Below are positions 37,667 through 50,734 of a DNA stretch of 64,000 nucleotides, one piece after another. The DNA lies in contig LSRY02000042.1 in NCBI GenBank assembly GCA_001643675.2, forward strand, positions 62,001 to 126,000, written 5' to 3'. The notes below the pieces were generated by a model. It did not search any database and had not been told where the DNA came from. It worked only from the letters and a program-made list of their open reading frames with translations. The stretch's first letter is position 1. Each line of letters opens with the position of its first letter. This DNA comes from Monocercomonoides exilis PA203. Its lineage: Eukaryota; Protista; Preaxostyla. A program made the position numbers and the translations under genes.

Positions 37667-38145
37667 GGAATATTCAATTTACAAATATTTCCTCTTCATT
37701 TGTCTTTGAGAAAGATATTCGTTCTTTTTTCTTTTATGTTCATTTGAGATTATTATTTTTAAACTAAACATCTTCTCTTGGAATAATAACAATTTTAAAG
37801 AATAGTTTGTTTGAAAAATAGAACTTAGCAACGATTAATTTTCTTGTTTTTTCTTTCTCTCTTTTTGAATTTGTTTTTGAATTTGCTTTTGAATTTGTTT
37901 TTGAATTTGTTTTTGTGTGTGTATTTGTTTTTGTTTTTGTTTTAGATTTTAATTTTTGTTTTTATTTTACCATCAAATATTTAATTATTTCCTTTTTCAA
38001 TCCATTTTTGATATTCTTGAATTAGGTTTGTTTCAAACGTTTTTGAAATATTTTTGAAATAAATTCATAAATCTAAAGCGATTTTTTAAATGCAGTTCTT
38101 TAAAATAAAAACTTTTCCAAAAAAGATAGAAAGAAAAGAAAAGAA

Positions 38146-38213
38146 AAGATAAGATAAGATAAGATAAGATAAGATAAGATAAGATAAGATAAGATAAGAT
38201 AAGATAAGATAAG
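38146..38213. repeat. (AAGAT)n pentanucleotide microsatellite
   Basis: Tandem aagat units. Confidence 0.95.
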
Positions 38214-38699
38214 AAAAAAAGGACTTGAAGCAAAAAGACAAACAGAAAAAGGTAAGATGACAATCTTAAATGTTTGTTTATTTTATCTTGATTATTGTCG
38301 ATGTGATTATATATTTTGTGTTGACTAAATAATGAAAAGTGTGAAAAAAGAATTACAAATTGAATTACAACACAAAAACTTTGATGGGCAGAGATGAAAA
38401 GACAGCTTTTCCATCTCTGATTAGTGCCTTTCCTGAGGAGATAAAAAAATTGCAACGTCGCTTATAAAGTTAGAATTTAAATGAGATTTTATTATTTCGA
38501 TTTGTTTTTCATTTCAGAAATAAATAATAAATTAAAAAAATTTTAGATCATTGCCAATTTTTTTTGTGTGATATTCATGAAACATATAAAAAGAAAGAGG
38601 ATTAACGAAATTGAGAGATTTGAAAAAATCCACACATTACTGTCAAATTTAAAATAGCTTTGAACTTACTAAAACAATCTTTGAAGATGGAAAATGACA

Positions 38700-40034
38700 T
38701 GTAACAGACTCTGAAAATCTGAATGAATTCTCTCGTTTTTCGATTGATCGAGCTGAAAGTGCTGTTGAAAGGGGAAGAACTGTTGGAAAAGTTGGTTAGC
38801 CAGAGCTTTTTACACAAGAAGAAAAGAAAACGGCAGAGGACGGTTTTCTTTGCGAAAGTTCTTGTGGAGTGAGCATTTTGATCACTCGAATAAAACAATT
38901 GGTTTGTTTTTTCTATCATCAACATTCATTTATTTATTGTTAATTGATTTAATATGGAGTCTGTCATTTCGAAAAGACAAAAGAAACTTTTTAAAGATGA
39001 AAAAGAAAAAGTTGAAATTACGAAGTCATTTCCTCACTCATTCATCAAAAGGAATCCACATTTTAAAGTATCTCTTCGACGAAACGTTGATATTCAAAAT
39101 TTTTCTGTATCAAAAAAGCAGTCTCTTCAACATTTCTTCTCTCTTCTTCAATCACTTCATGACTCTCACAAATACTCTCCTTCTCTCATCTTCAACACCT
39201 ACGAATCCTCTTTTCGTCTCTTCGACTCCACAAAACAACTAGCCGTTCATCCTTCAAACGTTTAAGTTGGGTTTTCAAAAGCTTTAATCAACATGTTAAA
39301 CTTCACTCTTGTGGTTGCAGCTGCTGCAGATGGCTATTCTTTGATAAGCATCGTTTTATAGCCTTCATCGAAAATTCAAGCCGAAATGCGTGTGATGCTC
39401 AGCTCTTCAATAACTATTTGGAAAGACAACGATGGATGGATGACTGACACAATATTTAAAAGATATGCAGAAAATATACTTTTTCCAGGAATCTTGGAAA
39501 GATGAACTCTTTTTATCTTTGATGAAGAAAGATACATTCTTCTGCTGAACTCTCATTTATCAAGTGCTCAGCCCTACACTTGACAAATATTCGATGATTC
39601 CTCCATCGACGTGGTGACTTTTATCCAGCACAGCACACATCTCACTCAGCCTCTCCACCGTGGAGTATTTGCTATCTCCAAAAAATGTTTTAACACAAAA
39701 TATGTCGTTCCTTCTTCTTCATCTATCTCTTTTCGAAGAAAAAGCAATTGTAGATACCCTTCCTCAGTCTCTGCAAACAGCATTATTGCATGAAACAATT
39801 GTTTCTTCCTTTGTCAAAAGTGGAGTGATATCAAATCAATGGCATGCTGTACTTTCCACGTTGCCAGATGAACCTTCTGTCACACTTGAGAAAAAGAACT
39901 ACAGATTTGTTTTTCATGGAAAAATTACAACCGACAAAGATTTTTTGGATGAATGGAGAAATCAAAAGAAAATGAAAGAAGAGAAGATAATGGATGATGA
40001 TAATGAAAAAACTGTGGAAAAAAAAATTATTTGA
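38700..40034 (+). mobile_element. Decayed pogo/Fot1-like (Tc1/mariner superfamily, DDE_1) transposase with intron
   Basis: N-terminal RAESAVERGRTVGKVG*PELF, intron from 38902, FPHSFIKRNPH, IFNTYES, GWMT..IF, LLLNSH and STHLTQPLHRGVF (D35D spacing). Several stops. TIRs not identified. Confidence 0.75.
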
Positions 40035-40727
40035 GGATGAAAAACCAAAGAAAAGGAAAAATCCACGAAAAAATGTTTTTTTAATGATAATTCTGGAGAT
40101 GAAAGAATACAAGAAAATTTCAGAAAAATAATCAAGAGAGAGTTGATTGATTTGATTTATTTCAAGTGAACTTTTTTTTAAGAAACAAACATGCTACAGT
40201 GAAATAAAAATTTTTTTATTTTTTCATTCCCATATAAAAAAATATCCGGATAAAAAAACTTTCCTTTTTTTTTTAAACACTTCAGTGCAGCGCGCGAAAA
40301 AACACGGAGTCATTTTTTTAACAAAAATAGAAATTTCCATTTTTATCAGTTTATGACATTTCAGAAATAATTAAAAACACAATGTTTATTCAGCCAGAAA
40401 AGCTTCAGATGTCTTTGGGACATGTAGTGGTGAGATGGATGATGCTATATGAAAGGAAATTTTTTTTCAAACCTCCTGGTGCTTTCGGTGCTGTTTGCCG
40501 TGCATCCTCCTTTGTTTGCTTTGTAAACACGCTCCATGCAAGGAAACAAGCGGATCTTTGGGGAGACAATGGGAATGCCTTTCCATTGATCAACTATCTG
40601 CTTCTCCGTAACTTCTTTCATTAGTGATATCGAGGGTGGTGTTGAGATCATTTCAGTTTGCACAAGTCAATCGAAGTTGGAGAATAAAATGGTTTGTGTA
40701 TTGCTAAATTGTGGAATATTGGAAAAA

Positions 40728-41089
40728 ATGAGGAGAAGGAGGAGAAGGAGGAGAAGGAGAAGGAGGAGAAGGAGAAGGAGGAGGAGGAGGAGGAGGAGGA
40801 GGAGGAGGAGGAAGAGGGAGAAGAGAGAGAAGAGGAAGAAGAGGAAGAAGAGGAAGAAGAAGAAGAAGAAGAAAAAGAAGAAGAAGAGGAAGAAGAAGAA
40901 GAAAAAGAAGAAAAAGAAGAAGAAGAAGAAAATGAAGAAGAAGAAGAAGAAGAAGAAGAAGAAGAAGAAGAAGAAGAAGAAAATGAAGAAGAAGAAGAAG
41001 AAAAAGAAGAAGAAGAGGAAGAAGAAGAAGAAAAAGAAGAAAAAGAAGAAGAAGAAGAAAATGAAGAAGAAGAAGAAGAAGAAGAAAAA
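40728..41089. repeat. (GAG/GAA)n purine trinucleotide expansion with internal higher-order units
   Basis: Poly-GAR tract with recurrent gaaaaagaagaa and gaaaatgaagaa subunits. Confidence 0.95.
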
Positions 41090-42389
41090 TAGAAGATATC
41101 AGCTTTTCCAATTCATAATGATCGATAGAAAAAGATGAATTTGTTGTGAATGTGAATGCCTAGCCAAATCATCAGCTCCAAAAAAGCGTCACTTCTGCCA
41201 AACACTCTCAACAAATGAGTCAAGCTAACTGCTTTTCTCTTACAAGCTCATCTTAAGCATTGCCTGGTTATGTTGCATGCATAACAGATGGCAGAAGTCA
41301 CGAATGCCATCGTTGAATGCAATCCAAACAAGAATAATCTCACAGTTTCTGAATCTTTTGCGAAATGTTAAGAACGGTTCTTTCCATGCCATTCCTGTTC
41401 GTGACCAATCTGTATTCATTCATAGAACATCTTAAAAGAAAAATGAACGAAACAAAAAAAGTCAAACCATACTTTTGGTCTTGAAATATTTTCCCATCTC
41501 CAAGGGATTGGTAATTGTCTGTCAAACTGGTTTTCTTGTTTTTAGAATCCATTGTGAAGTTGGCTGTTATATCAGATAAAAACACATATTCTCTAAATGA
41601 ACTTCTTTTCAAAGCCCAATTCAACGCCAAATCTTCGCTGATAGCTTTCCAAAGGGTTTTGTGCAAAAAGCAAATGAGATTGTAATTGAGGCCTACTGAG
41701 TGTTTTGCTCAACTCGCTTCTTCCATTATCCAACCCCTAATTTCCCTTTCCTTTTCCACAAAACAAACCTTCTGCCCAAAAAACTACGTCAAACAAATCC
41801 TGTGCAAAAAAATATATCAAGTGAAACATATTTCCCTCGAATTGAACAAGTGGTGCAATTCAAACTTTCTGAAATTCTCCTCGCTTTTTCTGCATCTTGC
41901 TTGAATTATTTTTCATTCAAAATATAGCAGCCTATGTTGCTAAATATGTTTTGTAATTTATTACCAAGTTCAAATCTCATACAATTTTACCCACCAATTC
42001 ACTTTTCGCAAGCAACCGATGCAAAAAGTCCCTGCTCCTCCGTCTGTAAGAAAAATCCATGTTCTTCTGCAGTGCAATTACTCGCATGGATGCATCTGTA
42101 ATCATGCACATAAGTAGCTCAAACATGCTCTGGCAGCTGTAAATCATCAATCAAAAATCTTAACCTCAAAATTTATGGTTGCTCACCCTTATTTATTTTC
42201 TCGATCAGAAGATTATTTTTTATCTTTGATTTGCTTGTTTTGATGCAAAAGACATCAAAGTCACATGAAAATGTGCGGATTTCAGCTTTATTAGATATTT
42301 TATTTTGTATTTTTAATTCTTTTGATGCGAATTTTACACAACAATTCTGAAAATGAATTTATTTCCTGTTTTGAAAACATTTTGCGATT

Positions 42390-43819
42390 TTGCAGTCAAC
42401 TTCAAAAGGTCAAATATTTCTTGGTTTGCAAAATGTAATATGAAATTGTTGGATTAAAAAACAAATGCTTCTTTTTTCTTTTTTGATTTTTTCACTTTTT
42501 TAGAGAAACTTTCACAGTTGGAACAATTCCCTGAAGCTGAACAGAAACAAATTATCGGAGAAATGAATGAAATAGTTGATAAAATGAACGAGAATGAAAT
42601 CAAATCAATTTTCAACAAAGAAATATTCAACAAAACATCCAAAATAATTGAAGAAAAAGGATTATTAATTGAAAATATATTATTGTTGCTGAAACGAATA
42701 GGACATTTGAAAGTGTTGAAAGGAATACTTCTTTATGGCTTTGAAAAAATTTCTTTGAACAAAATATTTGAAAAGATGATTATTGAAGAAGAAAAGAAAA
42801 AAGAAAGAAAGAACGAAAAGCTTCTGATTGATCTTTGCGAATGCTATATTTCACTTAATTATCTCCTCTCGCCTGAAATTGTTTCAATTTGTGTTCACTG
42901 TCTTCTGAAAGTTGCAATGAGGAAAGAGGAAAACGAGGAGATTCAGAAAGAAGTTGAAATGGCTTTATTGGAATTAAGTTGCATTGATGAATTTAATGTT
43001 TGAGCAATAATGTTTCCTTTTTGATATTTTTGCATATTTTTCGATTTTTATTAGGAAATTGAACAAGAACTGTATTTGACTGAGATCAAAGCGATCATCA
43101 AATATCATCAAGAGTATCATAACCTCACTCAGCTTGCCTATCAATCAGCTTGGCAGTTTTTGATTTACAGATTGCACACTGACAAAAGCTTGGAAGAAGT
43201 GATTGCGAATGAACTTCATTTTGCGAGAGAAGCAACAAGAGAACTTGAAGAGTTGACGAAATGTGTGGATTATCAGATAAAGGAAGAGAAAGAAAAGGGG
43301 AAAAATACGGAAGAAATGTCTCTTTTGTTGAGATGGCTCCAAACTTCGGGGAAATTCCTTTTCTACTGTCGATTGCGGAATGAAGAGTATTCTGTGCTTA
43401 TCGAAAGCATTGTTAAGGCATTTCGAGAAGCAAAGGATAATTGCAGAGGCATTAGCAGCGAATGTATTGAATCATTTAGTAATTCTGTGAATAACAGAAA
43501 TGTGAAAGTTGAAGACTTGCTGAAAAGAGGAGCGGTTTGTCTCATCTTAGAAGAGATTCATCGACCAACATTGAATGACGAAATGGTATATGAAAGCTTG
43601 ACGTTTTTTATGAATATTTCTGAAAGAATGAAAGAAAAGGAGGACTTTCCATTTGAAGAAGCAAAAAGAAAAAGGTTGAAAAGGAAAATGTTTGAAAAGA
43701 TGGAAGAGGAAGGATTTGAAGATATCATAACAAGTTTTTATGAATTACTGGATTTTCTCAACGAAAGTTTCCATCATGATTTACAGTTGGATATTTCAGA
43801 TTATTTTGTGGATGTTTAG
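42390..43819 (+). CDS. Helical protein family, copy 4 (introns ~42424-42503 and 42998-43054; start uncertain)
   Basis: NEKLLIDLCECY, HNLTQLAYQSAWQFL and EKMEEEGFED. GT-AG intron 2 at the conserved position joins ORFs 42518 and 43076. Confidence 0.75.
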
Positions 43820-44615
43820 CCAAATTCTTTTCATTTGACTTTTTTTCTCAAATTTTCAATTTTTCTTTTTTTTTCTCATCGTTTCACATATGCCAAAGAT
43901 AATTCAAAATGAAAAGCATATAATATGTGTTCACTTTTTCTTCTCCTTTTAATTTATTACTTCCCTCCATCTTCATACACACCTTGAAATATCTCCGCAA
44001 CATCTTTCTTGCAACGCGGTTGGAATCACATCCGAATGCTAAATCAAAACAGCATCAGAAAACTTTTCTTTCAGCTCTTTTTGAATTAATCCCAACATTT
44101 CTGTTGAAAGAGCTGTAAAAACATAAATAGCATTTTTTCAGTCAGTTTTGCGTCTGTCTTTGTTCTTTTGATGTGTCAAATTGCTACTCGCTCGCAAAAT
44201 GTGTCATATCAAAAACGAAGACCCACCGAGTCCAAAAATTTTCCGGATTGCATATATCTCCAATTGCTTCCTTGAAAAGTGTTGTTTTCCTCTAAAAACG
44301 CATTTAACTGCTTCAGAAGTCTTACTGCAGAAAAAGTTGATAGCAGAAAAGACAAAACCGAAGAGCAACGTGAATAAAAAGAAGGAAGCGAAGAAATGAT
44401 TTTGAGTGGAGAGGAAGGAGAAGTTGCAGTGGGCGAAGGGAGGTATATGCCTAACTGAAGGAGAGAGAGAGCAGAGTTGGCTGTGACCAATGCACCGGAG
44501 ATGGTATTGGAAATTTTGAGATTGAATATGTTATTAAAAAAGAAAAATTTAAAAAATATTTTTTTTAATCAAAAATGCATATAAAAATACAGTATTTTGA
44601 AAATGAAGATATTGC

Positions 44616-44617
44616 AA

Positions 44618-44704
<87 letters not shown>

Positions 44705-44705
44705 A
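44616..44705. repeat. (AAAT)n microsatellite
   Basis: Perfect tandem aaat. Confidence 0.95.
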
Positions 44706-45307
44706 ACCAGAAAAAATTGAGTAACAAAGCAAACCTTGGACACAAATGTACCTTCTGGAACAGCTGTGCAAGCTTCACAAGGAACAATGGTGTATCTTCG
44801 ATTGACAACATACTTTCATCCCCATCAAATATAGAAGTTTTTTCAATCACCACTCGCTGAATTAATATCAACGGAACCAAAGCAGCACTTTCTTCTTCTT
44901 TTGTACTTTCAGCCATCTCTTCGCCTTCTCCCTCCTCCACTCTCCCATCGCATCCACCTGCTCCATCCAATTCACATATACAAACGCTTCTTCCACATCC
45001 GCTTCTGCTTTTCTTTCTCCTTCTCCTTCTGTTTCTCTCCCAAATCATCTCTGTCAAAATATCCAAGTTCATTCACATAGCCCAACTGCTCTTGTTTCTC
45101 CCAACTGTGCTACGAATTGAACCAGCCACCAAAGACAGTTGACGACTCTTTCTTCACACATAAGTTGCGCTTTCCTGTCAAAAACAGAGTTTCTCATGTT
45201 TCTTTGACATAACATCAGTTTCTTCATTAAAAACTGATAACATTCGAGTTTATAGAACATAATTTCGAGTTTTTTGGGGGGAAAGGTGTTGTCAATTCTT
45301 CTTTTTC

Positions 45308-45427
45308 TCCCCCTCCTCCTCCTCCCCCTCCTCCTCCCCCTCCTCCTCCTCCTCCTCCTCCTCCTCCTCCTCCTCCTCCTCCTTCTTCTTCTTCTTCTTC
45401 TTCTTCTTCTTCTTCTTCTTCTTCTTC
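45308..45427. repeat. Compound (CCT)n(CTT)n microsatellite
   Basis: Seen directly in the sequence. Confidence 0.95.
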
Positions 45428-45782
45428 CATTTCTCTGGTCTTCTTCTGTTTCTTTAACGCTGCAAAGCTATTTCCTTCTGTTAAATCTTCTGTCATCTCT
45501 GAAAGTGCTCAATTTTTTTGTGAAATGTGTCAGAATGTTTGATTTGGAAGTTATTCGAAGAAGAATAAGTTAAAGGTTACGAAGGAGATCCTAAGGGAAT
45601 CAAAAATATCGGATAAATTCAATATGAAGATATTCTCAACATCACCCCCTCATTCTCTGTTCCAGTGAATAATGCTTTAACGATAAAGTCCAAAGACGAG
45701 GGTGAAGTGACTTTAATAAATTCTGCTCACTCCTATATTAGTGAAATTATCAGCTCGATTCCATCATATTGCTCCGCAATGA

Positions 45783-46112
45783 GGAGATTGGCCATTCCAA
45801 CAATAACTCATGTTCCTGCACTTTGGAGAGGATACAGACGGAAATATCTTCACAAACAATAGAACAATAAAAATTACATACATTAAATCTTTTTGTGTTA
45901 TTGATGAAATTGTTGTATTCCCCTTGGCTATTAAATTGACAAAAATTATCAAATGGAATTTCAAAAATATTGTATTGCCTCGTTTCTTGTTATCTCCACA
46001 GGAAATAATATTTCTAATTCAATAGGTAATGTTCACTTGCTATTTTCTCAATCTGTGGATAAATATTCCATTTCAAAGATAAAAATATGATCATTGAATC
46101 CATTACAAAAAA
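45783..46112. repeat. ~330-bp dispersed repeat, copy B
   Basis: Matches 35730-36059. Confidence 0.85.
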
Positions 46113-46322
46113 CGAAAAATTGAAAAAGCATTGTTTATCTTCATAATCCTTTGCCAGAATGTGGACCGAAGAAAAATCAGTATAAACACATATTTTACTC
46201 TGGTCTTTTTGAGTTTTTTATTTTTCATAAACTTCTTCTATCCAAATATATGCTTGTTTGACAAAAACTGCAAAATGGTGTTGTATTTGTGTTCAATGGA
46301 TTATAATTTTAAAAAAACATGT

Positions 46323-47741
46323 ATGCAGGAAACGGACAACATAAAGAAGTTTACAGGCTTGTATTCGTTGTTGTATTTGAATTCTCATTTTTCGCATTTT
46401 TTTTCTTTTTCTTTTATGAAGAATTGTTTTCTTTACTAGAGCATTGCAATGAAGATGAACAAAGAAAGAAAATCGGTGAAATGAATGAAATAATTGATGG
46501 AATGAATAAAGAAGAATATCATTCAATTTTCTCAGAAAAAATATTCGACAATATATCCGAAATGATTGAAGATAAGAAAATGCCAATGGAAAACACATTG
46601 TTGTTACTAAAACGCATTGGATATTCTAATGTTCTTTTGGGTTGGTGGAGTAATGACTTTAATCGTTCTTTGCTACGGGGAAGATTCGAGAAAATGCTTG
46701 TTGATGAAGAAAAAGAAGAAGAAGAAGAAAGGAACGAAAAGCTGCTGATTAATCTTTATGAATGCTATATTTTACTCAGTCCTGAGTTCCTTCCGATATC
46801 ACTTTCAATTTGCGTTCCTTGCCTTCTGAAAGCTGCATTGAAGAAAGAAGAAAAGGAGGAAACTCAAAAAGAAACGGAAATCGCTTTGCTGGCTTTGAGC
46901 AATATTGGGAGTTACGTGTGAGCATTTCTGTTTCATTTTTGAAATCATTGTATTTTTTCTAATATATTTTGATTAGCGTACTGAAAAAGAACTGTATTTG
47001 AATGAAATAAAAGAGGTTATCCTGAATCATCAGGAGCGTCACAATCTAACACGACTTGCTTATCAATCTGCTTGGCGGTTTTTGATGAACGAATTCGAAT
47101 ACGATGAAGGTTTGGAAGGAGTGATTGTGAATAAGATGCATTTTATCGAAGATACAACAAAAGAACTGGAAGAACTGATAAAAAATATTGATTGGAAGAG
47201 AGAAAAAGAAGAGGAACGAGGAAAAGAAGCAAAAGAACTTCTGATTTTGATGAAGTGGCTTGAAATAATAAGGTCATATTTTTTCTCGTGCAAAATTTGG
47301 AATGAAAAATATGTTGATTTAATCAGCAGCATTATTCAGATACTTCGAGCATCAAGAGATGGTTTCAAAGATATTTACGTTGACAGCCTTTTTTTATTGA
47401 AAGGAGCAGCCGAAAAAGGAAATGTGAAAATTGATGACTTGTTGAAAGGAAGAGCCATCGATCTCATTTTAGAGGAGATTAAGCGACGAACAGTGGATAA
47501 AGATATAGTATATGATTGCTTACAATTCCTTGCGAATGTTTCAAATCGCTTGAAAGAAAAAACAGATAATGAAATGGAAGAAGTGAAAAGAAAGGTAACG
47601 AAAAAAAAGATATTTGAAAAGATGGAAGAAAAAGGATACGAAGATATCATTCCAAGCTTTCATGAATTAATTGATTTTTTTAGTAAACAATTTTATTATG
47701 CGCTATCTTTGAATATTTCTGATTATTTTGTGATTGCTTGA
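46323..47741 (+). CDS. Helical protein family, copy 5 (exons 46323-46356, 46422-46915, 46977-47741)
   Basis: Spliced frame MQETDNIKKFTELFSLLEHC...HNLTRLAYQSAW...EKMEEKGYED. Intron 1 is GC-AG and intron 2 is GT-AG. Confidence 0.8.
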
Positions 47742-48384
47742 GGAAATACATTGTATTTTGTCACACAAAATATTTATTTTTCTTTTTCCATCATTTCACA
47801 ATCAAACGAACATTTTTTGATTTTTCCCCTGTCAATATTCAATTTTTTATCTCGCTTCATTTTGATAAAGTGAAGAAACAAAATATTTAAAAATGTTTCA
47901 GTCTTTTTGAAAAGTAGCAACTGATCAAAAATAAAAACAGTTCCAGTTAATGTTCAAACACCACATCGCAATTAGTTAAAAAAAAATTATCAGTTTCTCT
48001 TCCATATTTATATGAAAATTAAAAGTTTCTTTATCAATTAAAATTTTGATATGAGAAATGTTACAAAAGTTATTTAAAGATTGAATTGAAATTATTTTTT
48101 ATTTTTTTTTTTTTATTTTTTTATTTTTATTTTTTTTTTTTTTTTTTTTGGAAAAGATATGATATTTCCTTTCTTCTCTTCGATATGAGAGAGTATCACT
48201 TAAGAGTCAGTCACCAAAGCGAATCTGGTTTAAAACAGTGAAGGAAGGAAAATACGCGTGAGAATACAAATTGCGCTTGAAGAGAAAAAGGTGAAATGGG
48301 TTTCAAAATGTGTTTTGGGTTGGTATTGCATCTGGAACTTGTTTAAAGCTTTCTTCACAGTGTGGGATTGAAAATGAGGTGGGT

Positions 48385-48486
48385 GAAGAGAAGAAAGTTA
48401 ATTTCATATTTTCTTTTTCATTCAAAACGCAAGCATTTTGATTCACAAGAAAACATCCATTCACTTTCTTCTCTACGATCTGAGAG
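48385..48486. repeat. ICR of DIRS element 2
   Basis: 48422-48486 is the reverse complement of 53986-54050 with ~5-6 mismatches. 48385-48420 loosely complements 48149-48181. Confidence 0.85.
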
Positions 48487-49269
48487 TTTGCAGAAATTGG
48501 GAGAAATAAATTGATTTACGAATTGTCTCTTTCCATAATTTATTTTCTTATCTGTGATCTTGTGAGAATAATAAACAGGACACATTTTTCTTCGATGATT
48601 TCATTTTTGTCTTTCTCGTTTTCATTGTTCGTGGTATTTAATTGCTTTTCGTGGATGGATTGAGACTCATTATCATCTGGTTCTTCAATACGGTCTGGTT
48701 GTGAGATCTCTTCTCTTGCTTTCTCTGTTTTATGGCATTCTGGCAAATGTTGTTGTTGATTGATGGGAATAATGGAATCTTTTTCACCTTGTGTGGATGA
48801 AAATGGTGGAACTGTGGAAGGCTGTTGAATTGCTTTCTTTGTCTCCTGATTCGATGGTATTATCTGGGCTATCTCGAGCATAGGTCAAAATTGCACCAGA
48901 AGCGAATTTGACGCTTTTTTATAAATTTTCACTATATCATTAATAAACGTAATTAATAAACTCCATATTATCGAAAAAATCTGGAAATCTGACATTGAAA
49001 AACAAAAATAAAAATTGTTGATCGGACCCATAAAATATTTATGTGTTTTTTATTATTTGTTTTTGGAGTGTAATAGAGAGATTTTATTGTTATCTGCAAA
49101 ATAAATGATTTTCAAAAAAATAATTCTTTGCATATCTATTATTTGTTGATGTTGATATGAGTAATAATTTTCGTAATCATAATCTATTCGAAATATAATT
49201 CTAACTTGATGATATAGAATTTTTGTCTGAAGCGAAACATCCATTGAATTGAATTCTTAATTTTGGTAT

Positions 49270-50537
49270 TAGAGGAATGGATCAAAAACAATTGGATCAG
49301 GAACTTTTTCATCAGAAAGTACTTCAATTGGTGGAGCGGTTTTCATGTATAAAAAGGCATCAGGAACACTTTCCACGAAGTTTTGTTTGTTTAACAACTG
49401 CACTTCATATTATGCTGGGGGAGGTATTTTTTGCTATTTAGTCTGTTCAATCAAGGCTGAGAATAATACGTTCAATGCATGTTCTGCTCAAAATCGTTAT
49501 GGAGGAGGAATGTATGCTTATTCGATTTCAACATGTGTCAGGATCAGTGGATGCGAGTTCCAGAAATGCAAAGCAAGTGGCTATGGAGGAGGACTTCACT
49601 TCAAACTTTTAATGTTTCTGGATCTTCATGTATTGGAACAGAAAATGGCAATGGAGAGAGTGCTTGTGTGTTTGAATGTTTCTTCACCTCGTGTTCTCTA
49701 ACAAGTAAATATGGCGGAGGGATGTATTGCTACGGTGTTCCGGCTGCATTCATAATGAGGAGCCTCCAATTTATTTCGTGCTCGGCAGTGTCATATGGCG
49801 GGGGATTGGATTTGTTTCCAGACAAGACTTCAGCGCCTGTCAATGATTATTATTGTTTCTTCCTTTTCTTTCACGGATGTAGATGTTCAAGAGATCAGCC
49901 TCATGGCCATGATGTATATTATGAAGATCGATATAGCCTGTATTTATTTTCGAATAGTCCGTTCTATGAATGTTACACAACAAATACAGATGACCAGAGG
50001 GTATGTTATGGATATAATTACACGGGAAGAAGCTGGCTTTTTCAACACACAGAAAAGAAGGATTGGCTGAAAGATAAAACGTTATATGTTTCGGTGAATG
50101 GAAATGATAATTTAGAGCAATGTGGAGCAAATGAATCAAATCCGTGTCTGACAGAAAAGAAAGCGTTTGAGATGTGTGAGGTGCAGATTAGTTTGGCAAT
50201 CACGCTGATGGATGGGAATCACACAAGTGAGACAGTAACAGTTGAGATTGGAGAAAAGAAGATTTCAGCAATTGGGAAAGGAAGGGAAGAGAGTTCAATT
50301 GGAATGAAATCAGTTTCATCAGCAGCAGGAGCGCTTTTCAGTATTTTGACAGGTCATTTGGGAATGAGCCACTTGAAGGTTGATTGCAACTCAAAAGCTA
50401 ATCCTTCTACGCCGAGTGTGGTTGTGGTGTCTGATGGGAGTGGGTCACTCTCACTGGAGGATGTTGTGATCTCCACAAGAAAAACAGAAAGTTTTGTAAG
50501 ATGGGACAAAATATTTGACAACAGGCGTTTTCATTGA
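49270..50537 (+). pseudogene. Internal fragment of a Cys/Gly-rich surface-protein gene (frameshift ~49600), nested in element 2
   Basis: Repeated C..C.A..YGGG motifs and YVSVNGND...CG..SNPC, the same module type as in 12802-25126. No signal peptide or TM segment. Confidence 0.7.
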
Positions 50538-50734
50538 AAAATTATGCACTTTTCATTGACTTTTTGAGATTTAAAAACATAATAAAAATGGTTCTATTTT
50601 TTAACATTCGTGAAATGTTGGAAAACTTTTTGTTTTGATTTCAATAATGTTTGCTTGCAGTAATGAAAATCAAATTTCTTTTGAAATTTCGTTAAGTTGA
50701 AAAATGTTATAAGTGAAACAATTTTTTCACGGTT

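Noticed and set aside
38146-38213. Tandem repeats as a CRISPR array or telomere
   Set aside because: Simple microsatellite with no spacers. The context is eukaryotic and the unit is not a telomeric one.
40677-41138. Poly-R/K, poly-E and poly-L ORFs
   Set aside because: Translations of a GAR microsatellite with no supporting gene structure.
48884-48912. Helitron 3' end at the cargo boundary
   Set aside because: A hairpin is present, but there is no properly spaced CTRR terminus or identifiable TC 5' end. Kept only as a boundary note.
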